64,000 bases of DNA from an uncultured Planctomycetia bacterium (GTDB taxonomy: Bacteria; Omnitrophota; Gorgyraeia; Duberdicusellales; 4484-171), in the NCBI GenBank assembly GCA_964483625.1, contig CAZABB010000003.1, positions 21,895-85,894 of the forward strand. Direction: 5' to 3'. The notes under the pieces are model-generated. The model did no database searches, was not told where the DNA came from, and was given only the letters and a program-made list of their open reading frames with translations. Positions 15,101-27,100 of the stretch are shown piece by piece. Position 1 is the stretch's first letter. Each line of letters opens with the position of its first letter. The position numbers and the translations under genes are program-made.

Positions 15101-18100
15101 TTCCGAACCGTTCATCGCTACCGCGGCTTTTGAACGCGTCCTGGAGATTTCCGCGGACAGTATCGGGGGAAGCCGCAGGTGGGAGTCCGAGGTGAATGTC
15201 CGCGAATTAATACAGGTGGCACGGACATTTCTGATACCATCGTTGGTTTCGCTGATAGACCATGAAGATGAACTCGTACGGTTAGCTTCCTATGACCAGT
15301 TGGTCCATCTCGCTGAAGACAAATATCTGTGGGAATGCGCCGATGAATCCTTATCCTTGTCTTCCGCCGGCTTAATGCGGGAAGCCGGCCGGGCTTTAGA
15401 GGATGTCCGTTCTCCTCTCCCGGCGTCTGGCGACGGGGCTTCGACCGTATTCATGCCCGATTGCCGGATAGGCATTACGGTTGAGGCCGTGGCCCGTACG
15501 GGGAAAGATTTTCGGATTGTAGGAATGGATTTTGGTGTCGAAGTTGCCTGTGAAGCATGGCAGAGGAACGTGATATTCGAGCGGGTGACAATTATGGTAT
15601 GGAATAAATGGCGTCCCGGTTTTACGCCGGAATCAGTTGCCGCCGTTATTTGTTTGAATCCCTTCCTGGGGCTTAAGTCGCTTCCTCTTTTGCATCCAAA
15701 GGGATTAGTAAAATTTTCTTATTCTCCCGACTATCTTGAAGAAGAAAAAAGACAGATGGAAGAACGTTGGATTGATACTATTCTTATTCCGGGCGGGAAA
15801 ATCATAATGGCTGTCGCCGATATTACCGAACAGAATGAATACGCTCAGATATTCTTTGAGCGGTATCTATGGGCCCGGGGGATCTGGGAACGGGTTACCG
15901 GATGGGAAGGGGTTCTTGCCCTGCTTCCCGGGATCTCTTCGGAGGATAAGAAAATGTTCATGTTTACCAAGCACGCTGAAGAAGATCCGTTCATACTTCT
16001 GCCCTGGCCTCTGCGGACGATGAAAGAAGGAGATCGGTTGCCTCACCTTAATTATTTTGCCCATGCGCTCAAAGAGGCATTTCGGGAAAAAATGGCCGAT
16101 GTCATCGAACGTTACCAGGGACGAAGAGCCCGATCCGGATTGAAGCCGGTTCGGAACATCATGGTGCTTATTGGCCGTCTCTCCGGTACCGATGGGGTTT
16201 CTCTGGAAACCATGAAAATAATTCGCCGGTTAAAGGCTATGGGACACAATGTAGCGGTGTATACCGGTAAGATCGATGACGTGAAACGGAGAGAGTTGGC
16301 TGAGTTAGAGGTTCCCGTACGCCTCAACAAAACGGCGCGGTTTCGACGCCAGACACTGGAGGGTTGGGGGATCCTTGAAGGGGGCGTTGCCGCCGACTGG
16401 CTTTCCTGGACGCACCCGACCAGCCTTGAAGATGAAGATAAATACCAATGGATGGCCGATACGCTTATTGACGATGTAAAAGAACTGATTGAAGATATCG
16501 TTGAGTTTGTAGATGAGCATGATATCGATGTCGTACTCGGACAGAACCTTTCACTTCCCTGGTCATATCACCTTTCTCTGGCGGTTATCGTTCTCTATGA
16601 AATTTTCGGGATACATTTTATCGGTCATGACCACGACTTTGCCGGTCAGCGCGACTATTGGGGGAAGATAGCCGAAATACTGAGAGAGGTCTTTCGTGAA
16701 CTGTGTCCGCCTCACATCCCCACGGCGATTCACCAGGTCATCAATACCGCGTCTATCCGGGCCGTTCAGTCTTCGGCCCTTTTCGGCCGGGTCGTCCTTT
16801 TGCCCAATGTGTGGTATTTTGATACCCCGCAGGAAGAACTTCCTCCCGAGTTGCGTTCCCGTACCCCCGAAGAACTGCGGGAACTGCGTAAGGTGCTGCG
16901 TTTAGAAGAACACCATGTTCCGTTTCTGGTACCCGTTCGTCTGGTGGAACGTAAAGACGTGATCAGTAAACTGTTAATCGCCTATCGTTTGAAACGAATC
17001 TGGCATGAGGAGGGAAGAGAGTTAACGCCGGTTCTGATTGTCACCCATGATGTAGCCGATGAAGGGGAGGCGTATTTTCGGAGGATCCGGCGTATAGCCG
17101 ACGCGTTACATCTGGAGATGCGTTTTGTCCATGATGAATTAGACAGGTATGAGGGATCGGTGCGTTTTACCGAATGGGATGCCTATAAACTTCCCGATGT
17201 CATCGGTTTTTATCTTTCCACCTGCGAAGGGTTCGGGAATGCTCTGCTGGAGATGATTTTCTTCTTCTGTCCGTTTATCATTCATCCCTACCCGGTATTT
17301 GAAGACGATATCAAACCGAAAGGAATCCGAGCTCTTGAAGAATATGTGCCCGCGGACCGAGGGGAGCTCAACCGGCTTATTGAAGAAATGGAGGTAACGG
17401 CGGCAACCCGGGATTCCGCCGTCGTCGGTGCGGCTCGGGCTGTTTCCCGTGAGGTCCTGCATTTCCGCAGTACCTGCATACCGGGTAGGTGGGACGGCCG
17501 CTGGACGGAGGAGACAGAAACCATGCTTAAGAGGAATTATGAAATTTGCCGGCAGTATTATGCCATGGGTACGTTAAAAGATATCCTGGAGGGCACATTG
17601 CATATGGTCGATAAAGTCGCTGTTATTGAGTGGGTTTACCATCGTCTGCGGGAAAAATTAAGAATGATTTCGCTGGAACATTCTATCCCGCCCTTTTTTA
17701 CCGCTGAGACCTGGGAGAAGGTGATTATGAGGTATATTGGTGAGAAGTTCGAAGAGGTCCTCATTGAGCTTGACCGGGAAGTAAGATCGTTCATGGTAAA
17801 CGGAGGCAATATCGGCAGTGAGATTGTGCGGCGGCAGTTACGGAATGATTTTATGCGTTACCTTGGCATTATTATTCCCGCTCTCTCTCAGTCGCAGAAC
17901 TCCATCTTTTCCTTAGGGCGTCTTTTCCTGCCGCGTGAGGAAGACGGATATGGATTGGATGTATTACTGCGGCAGTATTTTCATTCCCAATGGGGCGTTA
18001 CCGTGGAGTTTTATCCCGAAAATGAACCGGCTGTTTCTCCACAAATACAGCCTTCCTATCTGCTTCGAGCTATCGAGTCCCGTTACGCTCATGGCCGGCC

Positions 18101-21100
18101 GCTCTGGTGGGTTCGCGCCCTGTTGAGCCCGGTGGTCGTACCGCATGAGGCGGGTAATCTTATCCAGGCGCGGGTGACGGGCAGGTGGGATGATATCGAT
18201 TGGGACAGTTCCAGTATATTCGCCGGTATTACATATCAAGGGCGAGCGCCGCCGTGCGCGGGGGGGATTATTGGGAATATCATTTGTGCCGTTGTTTTTT
18301 TAATATCATCCTTTTATTTCCCTGGCTTGCTTGTTCTGGCGGTTGCTCATCTGATTCATATTGGATTTGAACTCCGGAGATACCGGCAATATAGTCGGGA
18401 AGAGGTTGTAGCCGAACCGGAGGCATTGATGTCTCCGGCTTGCCGTTTTGACGGATATAGGCGTCTGACCGCCGCCAGTCAGTACGATGCGGCCCGACGT
18501 TTTCAGGATGAAAAGATAGCCGCTGAGGGATTCAACCATCTCGGCGACATATTATCGCGTATCGGCCATTATATTTTTTATACGGGACATTATCAGGGGC
18601 CGGATCTCGCGGAGGAGTGTATTGATGAACTGGTCATTGCGGCGAATGACCCTCAGACGATGTTTCGTTCTATTCAGACGCATAGCCGCGAAACCGCCCG
18701 GAAATGGTTCCTCTGGCATCTTGAAAACCTGCCGGGATTGCGGCTGTCCGCCGCAGATATCCATATGGTCATGCAACATATTGAGACCTATGTGGAAGCT
18801 TCTACGCAGGAAGCCGCGTTCGCCGCTCAGAGAGATTTGTTCCGAAAGGGAATAAAACCGTCAATCGACTATTCGTTCCTGCCGTACGCGGTCGTTTCTT
18901 TCGATTGGAGTGCTCTCCAGATTTTATTTATAAGAGTAGAAGGATTTCGTGAATTTGTGCGTTATCTTATCACACGTGACGATGTTATTGTTCTGATAAA
19001 TACGCGCGGCGGCAATCACGAAAAGATCGCCGAAGAGATGACGGCACGGTTATGTGGTTTTCGCGAAAGCCTGTATTATCAGGGGACGCTTCCCTGGCTC
19101 GATCTTGAAGTGGATATGGAATTTTCCCGGGAACAGGTGGTATCCGCCCCTCAGGGGATCATGAATAAGTTCGATGCGCTTGAAAATTGGCTGAGCCGGC
19201 GCTATATAGCTCCCCGATATATTATCCATGTCGACGATAAGACCGTTGAGTTTCTGGCGTTTCGTAATAACATCAGTCATCTCAGAAGCATGATGACTTC
19301 GTTTATCCCGATAGATATGGATCCGGATCCTTCGCTCCAGACCGATGATGCCACGGTCGAGATAAAAGCCCGTGAGGCGTTTGCCCGTTTAAAATCTCTT
19401 CTTGCTTTTTCTCCCGGCGATCCCGCGCGCAGTTCCCGGGAATTGAACGAAGAGGAGGTTGAAGAACTCAGCCGGATCCGCGATACCCACTGTGTTACGA
19501 TTGATGTGTCAGAGACAGTCCCTCTCTACACAGAAGAAAAAGAAAAAACCGCATTTCTTCTGCACCGGCATGGGTACCATGCTGTCGCCGAGGTCTTAGA
19601 AGGTTCGATTGTCATTCAGGCTCCGCCGCGGCTGCGCCGGGCAGTAGAAAAATTTCAGTCACGTCATCGCGATCCTGCCGTAACCGTCCACGCGCTGAAC
19701 GCTGCTGTTCGGAAACAAAACCTTATCATCATTCTGGATGAGGAGCATATCGAACGTTCCCTTATTCATGAAGCCGGCGCTCTTGCCGGCTATGCCGATA
19801 CCTATAACTACCGGCTGGAGAATATTACTGAATCGACGGAAGAAGAGGTTCTTTTCCATTCAAAAATATCCCCGTTTGTCGAACCGCGTGTTCCTTGCGT
19901 AGAGGTAACCTTCGATTTTTCCGATATCCCCGCCGCCCTCGATACTGTCGCGGCCGGCGTCCGCGCCCGGACCGGGTATACCGTGGGGGCCCGCTTTGAG
20001 GTGAGAATCGACGGATTTGAGCCTGACGAATACATCCAGTTTAACCGGGGAGGGGAGCCGAAGATACTTTTCCTCGCTCCGGCGGGAGAACGAGTGATCC
20101 ATCACCGGATTAAAAATCCTCACACGTTCACTTCCGAAAAAGAATATCTGGCTGATTTACAACAGCGTCTGATTTCTTCCGGAATGAGTCCGGACGGATT
20201 GAACGTAAGGATGAGCTGTGACGGAACGCCGTATCAGATTACGGTCGCGATGAGCAGCCCGATCCGGGAGAAAGAGATCGAGAGGATACGCCGGATATGT
20301 GCCTTCCCGTCATATCGTATGCGGGCAATGATGAAAGCTGTCTGGGAAGAAATGGAGCGGGGCCTGCGCGGATTAGCGAGTTCTTTGCGAATGCTGCCTT
20401 CCTACACGGATATCCCCCGCGGAGAAAAAGGTCTTTATCTTGCGCTTGATCTGGGCGGCACCAATTTCCGGGTATTAATGGTTCACCTTCGCGGCCAGGG
20501 TGAGAAGCCGGTTGTAATCAGTAAAAAATATAAGCTTGATGAGAAGTATATCCGGGGAACCGGCCGGGATCTTTTCGATGCGCTTGCCGGATATATCAAG
20601 GAATTTTTGCGGGAACACGGTTATGAAGATGAATATGTCGTAGGATTTACCTTTTCTTTCCCCGTCGACCAGAAAGCGATAGACAAAGGGGTTCTTATTG
20701 AGTGGACTAAAGGATGGGATGCGGCAGGGGTGGAAGGAGAAGACGTCGTCCGGTTGCTGAATGAGGCGCTGGAACGGGTAGGTGTGAACAATGTAAAAGT
20801 AGTCTCGCTGGATAACGATACCGTAGGAACTCTTGTCGCCCGGGCTTACCTTGATTCCGAATGTGATATTTCCGCGATTCTGGGTACGGGAACGAATGTG
20901 AGCTATCGGGAGATGGCCGCCAATATTATAAAGTCCATCGGTCCGTACGCCGGCACGCATATGATTATCAACATGGAATCGGGTAATTTCAATAAAGCTT
21001 TGCCCGGTACCGAATATGATTTGCTCCTTGACGCGCTGTCGGCGAATCCGGGCGCTCAACGCCAGGAAAAAATGGTCTCAGGGAAATATCTGGGAGAGCT

Positions 21101-24100
21101 CACCCGTCTTATTCTGATCGATTTGATCGAGAAGGGAGTACTTTTAAAGGGAGACGTTCCTCATCTTTTGCGGAAAGGAGATAGTTTCGATAGTATCCAT
21201 ATGGCTACGATCGAGGGGGATACGTCGCGTGCGTTCTGGCGTACGCGCTGGCTCCTGCGGCGCTGGTATATCGTTCCCTGTTCGTGGGAGGACGCCCGGG
21301 CCGTTCAGGAAATCTGCCGTTGCGTTTCCACCCGGGCGGCTCAGGTTGCCGCGACATTACTTGCGGCGACGGTAGTAAAAACAGATCCCGATCTTGCCCG
21401 GCATCATACGATTGCCGTTGACGGAAGTATATTCGAAAAGTACCCCCGTTTTGCCGAGAAAATGGAAGAGACATTTGCGATACTGTTCGGCGAAAAGTCT
21501 TCCCTGATTACCATGAAACTTACCCATGACGGGTCCGGTATCGGCGCGGCGGTTATCGCGGCGATCGCGGTACGGATGGCTCAAAAATCGTCTTCGAGGG
21601 TATCGGCAGATTCAACGCCGTATCAAGCGGTACCGGGATTCTTCCTGGGAATATTCAGTGCCAATAGCTTTTTTATTGAAAGAGGGGACATCTCTTTCTC
21701 GTCTTCCGTATTTTTATATATTCCGGTTTTTCTGACGCTGACCGGTATGCTGATTGTGCTTTATCTGCTCTTGCGGTCCCTGTTGCCTCCCTTTTCTCCC
21801 GTTCCGGTCTCTTCTCCCCGCAGACCATCCCGTTCGAGCCGTGACGAAGGAGAAAAAGAAGGTTTCGTATCAAATATCACACAGCGGTGGTATGTGGTGG
21901 GCATCGGGATGCTCATTGTCATATTACTCCTGGCGATAGCACTGAAAAGCGGAGCGGTAAGTGTGTTCTGTTTTGCTATTCTTGGTTCAGTATTGACTGA
22001 CGGCGATAAGGTGGGACAACGGAAAAACGGGTATACCCTGATTGAAGAGGATATAGAAAAGATCGTCGAAGCCGCACTACATGTTCTGGAGAACACCGGA
22101 GTTAAAGCTGATGAAGGGTCTTTGCGAGAATGCTGGCGTCAGCTTGGCGCTCGGATAGATGAAGAAGAGAGCCGCGTGTTGATATCCCGTGATCTGGTTG
22201 AGTACGCTCTCGGGGAAGCAGCCTCTCAGGTGCGGTTATACGGAAGGATTCCTGATCCTGATGACGGTCGTAATCATGATGTGGTCGTGGGAGATGGAGA
22301 GGTGTATCACGGAACAGGAGGCAAATGCGGAAAGGTGATGGATACCACGGGAGAAGTGCGTGAAAGTAGATTAGCCGATTTATTCCATATCGGACGGGTC
22401 GTAGAGACCTGTGAACATCTTAAGTTCTACATCTCCCCGGTCAGCGCCCGGGATATCCCTTCCAAAATCGAAGCGGTGAACAGGTTCTATGTCTGTCTGG
22501 CGGCGACTCATAAACACGTGATGACCAATTGCGAATCGCTCGTTTTAGAGGATGAACCCGCCGGGATAGAGGGAAAAGACGGCACCGCTTTGGCTGTCGA
22601 AAACGTACGTGAAGTGATCGAGCTTGCCGCGATGATCGCGGGAGATAAAAAATCATTGCGGGAACGTCCGATCATTTCCTTTATTGTTACCGGGATTATC
22701 AGCCCCCTGTCGTTCGATTCGTCGGGGATGAAAATATTGGACGAGATACTCGACCAGGGAATTCCCGTGATGCTTTCTTCGGCCCCGCAGACAGGGACGA
22801 CCGGTCCGGCGGCGCTTGCCGGTACGCTGGTTCAGGTCTATGCCGAACAGCTTGCCCTTCTTACCTATATAAACCTCAAAAAATCGGGGTATCCGGTGCT
22901 TCTGGGAGGAATGCCTTCGGTAGCCGATCTGCGTACGGGAAGCTTTTCCGGCGGGGCGCCGGAATTTGCGATGATGAACGCCGCGGCGGTACAGATCGCC
23001 GGTTATCTGAAGCTTCCGATCTGTGTCTCGGGAGGGATGCCGGACACAAAAGTCCTCGATTGTCAGGACGGATATGAGGAGACCTTGCGGATGTGGACCG
23101 CATTTTCCAACGGTTGCGCCCTCCGGCATGCCGGACTGATAGAGGGTGGGCTTACGGCTTCATATTCCCAGTATCTGCTTGATGATGAAATGATTGGCCT
23201 CCTTGTCCGGATAAGACGGGGAATTCAGGTAAACGATGATACGCTTGCCGTCGGAGTTATCGATGACGTGGCAAGAAGTTCCGGTCATTATCTAGGACAG
23301 GAACATACCTTACAACACATGCGTGATGGTGAATTCGTGTACCCGCGATTGATGGACCGCAACGCGCGTGAGATTTGGGAACAGTCGGGAGGGCTCACGA
23401 TGGCCGAGAGAGCCGCGCGGGAGGCGGATAAGATTCTTGCTGAAGAAGGAGGAATCGTTATCGATAGTGAAACGGACGAACGTATACGCGAGCGATTTGA
23501 TATACGCCTGCCGCGAAATATCGGAAAGCCTCTTGGAGACCGGCCGGTGTATATTTATATCGAACCATCGCGGGAAATGGAAGAGTGTCCGGAAAGGGTA
23601 GAAGATACCGTGAAGGTTGTAGAGCAGATATCCGGAGGGAGAATAGAAGTGTTTTCTTACGGCGATATTACCATAGAAGAGGTTAAGGAACTTAATCCTA
23701 CCGCTCTTATTCTGGGAGGTTTCTATCACAGCTGGGAGGATATTTCAGTGTCTTCGCTGTATAACATTCTTAAAGTCATCCATTGGGTAAGTATTCCTAT
23801 CCTGGGGATCTGCGGCGGACATCAGCTTTTGGGTTTCGCCTTCGGTCGGTTCTTGGGTGGAGAAGTCTTTGTCGATCAGTCGATCGTAGACGAAGGGACT
23901 GTCGTGGAAGGTTTTTATCCCATTACTCACGCAGAAAATAACCCTCTTTTTACCGGTGTTCCCCAGCAGGCCTGTGTGTGGTGTCATCATTCCTGTGAGA
24001 TAAAAGTAAAACAACTATCTCCGATGTTTACCGTGACTGCCGGGAGTGGGCATTGTGCCATCGAGGCGATCCAGCATCTGTATCTTCCGGTGTTTGGGGT

Positions 24101-27100
24101 GCAATTTCATCCCGAAAGGTTTAATCGGGAACATTCCTATGGGAAGAAGGTATTAGAGAACTTCTTTTTTCTGGCGGAGAGGTATCGCAATATCAATGCT
24201 GGTCTTCAGGTCGGCTACCGTCAGGGGGGGCGTATTTTTGTGAAGCTGTTCACAATGCGCACCTATGCCTTTTTATTGCGGCGATGGCGTAGAATAAAAA
24301 CCTGCATACATATCGTCCGTCCTCGTATCGTCGATACAATACATAAAATAACGCAGGGATATTCACAGTGTTCTCAGAAACTTAAAGATGTTTTAGGGAA
24401 GCGCTTCCGGGTGTTCAAGAGATATGTAGCCCTTTCCGGCAAACGTACGGATTTGTCCCAGAGGGATGATTGGAATCGTTTGTATCAGGGATTGGCATTA
24501 TTGGGATTGTTAAATATAGATTCTGATACCGGACGTCCGGTATTGGTGCAGGAGTTGAGAAAACAAGGCACATCGATCCAGGATGTTCATATTCTCCTTT
24601 ATGTCACGATTATGTACGGATTGATCAGAGGAAACGTGACTGCCAGTGATGGAGAAGGGAACTTTGTCATGCAGAGTGCTCTAAGCCGGCATCCGGCGAT
24701 CGCCGAAAGATTACTCGTCTACATTCATGCCCGGTTTCATTATATTGCCGAGGGAGACAACGAATATGTTTCTCAGAAGAGGAGAGATATCGAAACAGTG
24801 ATTGAGGAAACCGCGGGAGGCGATATCGTGTTGTTTCAGAACTATCTTGTCATGTGTGATGCTCTGGTGACATCAAATGCGCTTTCCTGGCGGTACAATT
24901 CACGGGATCCTCCGGTGCTGGTTTTTGACGGCCGGATATTGCCTCTGCCCGACCACAGCCCGGATATCTATCGGGTGATAATGATTCCCGACCGTACCGG
25001 AAGCATTTCTCTGGTGATTAAGACCGATGAGGTTTCTGCCGGAGGTATCCGTGTGAAGTTCCTGGATGGCGGTACTACGTGTTTGAACGATATCTTTGAA
25101 GAAGACAGCGGTCTGGCTATGGGAATGGCGTTTAAGGATGTCTGGGCTTCTTTGGTGAGCAATCCCATCCCTTATTTGGGATCAAAGACTCTCACCGTGT
25201 TGGCTCCTGATGCCGATATCGATAATGTACTTATCCGTATGGGACGGTCTCTCGTCAATGTAATCGGCGATGACGGCGTTTGGCCCAAGAACATTGCCGG
25301 TCCGGACATGAATTCCGCCGGGCATATTCAGGGGTTGGTCGATGCCGTACGGGATGAATACCGGCGGCACGCCGAATATGAATGCGCTCTGCTTCTTGGC
25401 GAATCGGGAGGAGCAGAACACCTAGTTGAACGTGCGTCTTTGGGAGAAGAATCTCCGCGGAAGAAGCTGATGTTGTACGATTTCGATGATCCCGCCCTGA
25501 AGAAATATCATGACGTGTTAGCCGGAGTCGAACAAAAACGGGGAAAGTATTTTCTGCGTGATCCGTTTATCTGGGCGATGCGCGAAGAGATTCTGGCAGG
25601 AATACGCCGGAATCAGATACGGCTCTCCAGCGGCTGGCAGGGATTGATGTGGTACATCGGGAATGTTCTCCGGCGGCTGGCTTCCGGCGACCCTACGCGT
25701 TTCGGTATACGTCTGCGGTTAGATCGAGACACCGAACGGACGCTCAACAAAATTATTGGTGTGGCGGTAGGAGGAGGGGCACGTCTCGAAGGTTCATTAG
25801 TTGCCGATGCCGATCTTGCCAATATTACCGCGTTAGGATGTGCCTATGAGCTTGTTCATGTGGTGCGGTATATGGTTGCCTCCGGAAAGGTAGAGCCCGG
25901 TGAAACTCTGAAACTTGCCGTTACCGGTACCGGTCAGGTCGGCGGCGCGATGGTTTCTCTCATTGAGGAAATAAACGGACAGTTGACCGGTACGGCCGAA
26001 ATCGCCGTTGTTGCGATCGCCGAGAAAGGATCCGAACAGTCCGGTGTTATCTATAATCCCGGCGGGTTTACTTTCGAGCAGCGTGAAATTTTACGACGTG
26101 CGCGGGAGGGAAGAAACGATGCGGTGCGAAACGGATATACCGTCGAAGCGATGCGGGGGATACTCCCGGCAGAACAGATTATCGAGGTTCCGTCCGAAGC
26201 GGATCCCCGTGATGCGCTTCTTAATGCTGAAGTGGAAGCCGATATCCTTTTTGCTGCGGCTGCCGGTCCTACGGTAACGGCGGAGAATATCGAGGCTTAT
26301 GCCGCGAAATTTCCTCTGGCAATCATCGCCGGAGAAAACAACTGTTTTGGTACCAACGCGTTCTCCCGGGCGGAGATTGAGGATGCGTTGCATCGGGAAG
26401 GTGTCCTTGCGCTGGAAGGAGATATCGGGAATTTCGGTACGGTATATATTGTGTGTGCTATGGAAGGATTTCTTAAACATAGATATTCCGTGCCGGAGCT
26501 GCGAAAAATATGGAGAGAGATCAAAGAACAGGCTCGATGTGATGTGGTTGAAAAAGAAGCGGGATTGATTCCTTTTATGCTCCACGTCAGTGCCGCCCGC
26601 GATATACCTGCCGGAGAGTTCCAGCGTACGATCGTCAGCGAAATGAAAGACGAAATCGTCCGCCTGATTGCGTCGTATGAGCAGGGTGAAAAGGAAGTAA
26701 CCGCGAAAGTTGATACGTTGATTCGTGACCGATTACGTGTGCCGCAGCATTCGGTCCCGCCTTCTTATATGCCTTTTGCGGTCGCCCGGATCTGGGCGGT
26801 GATGCAGGTTGCGCGAAAAGAAGTTTTTACCCGGTACCAGAGAGAGATATCCGACGAGAATATACAACTGCCCCGGCAGCTAAGCTGTGAAGAAGTCTCT
26901 CCTCCGGCGCGGGACGGCAAAGAAAAGCTTCTCGTCCAAAGAATTGTCCGGGCGAAGCAGAAACTTCTTTGTGTGTGGCGAAGAATAAAGAGCCTGTTGG
27001 TGTATGGGAAGAATAAAGGGGTGGGTATCATTACCCGGTTGAAATACGGCAGTGTGCTTATGGTTTTGCGGATAGTACGATATGGTACTGCGCGTCGTCT

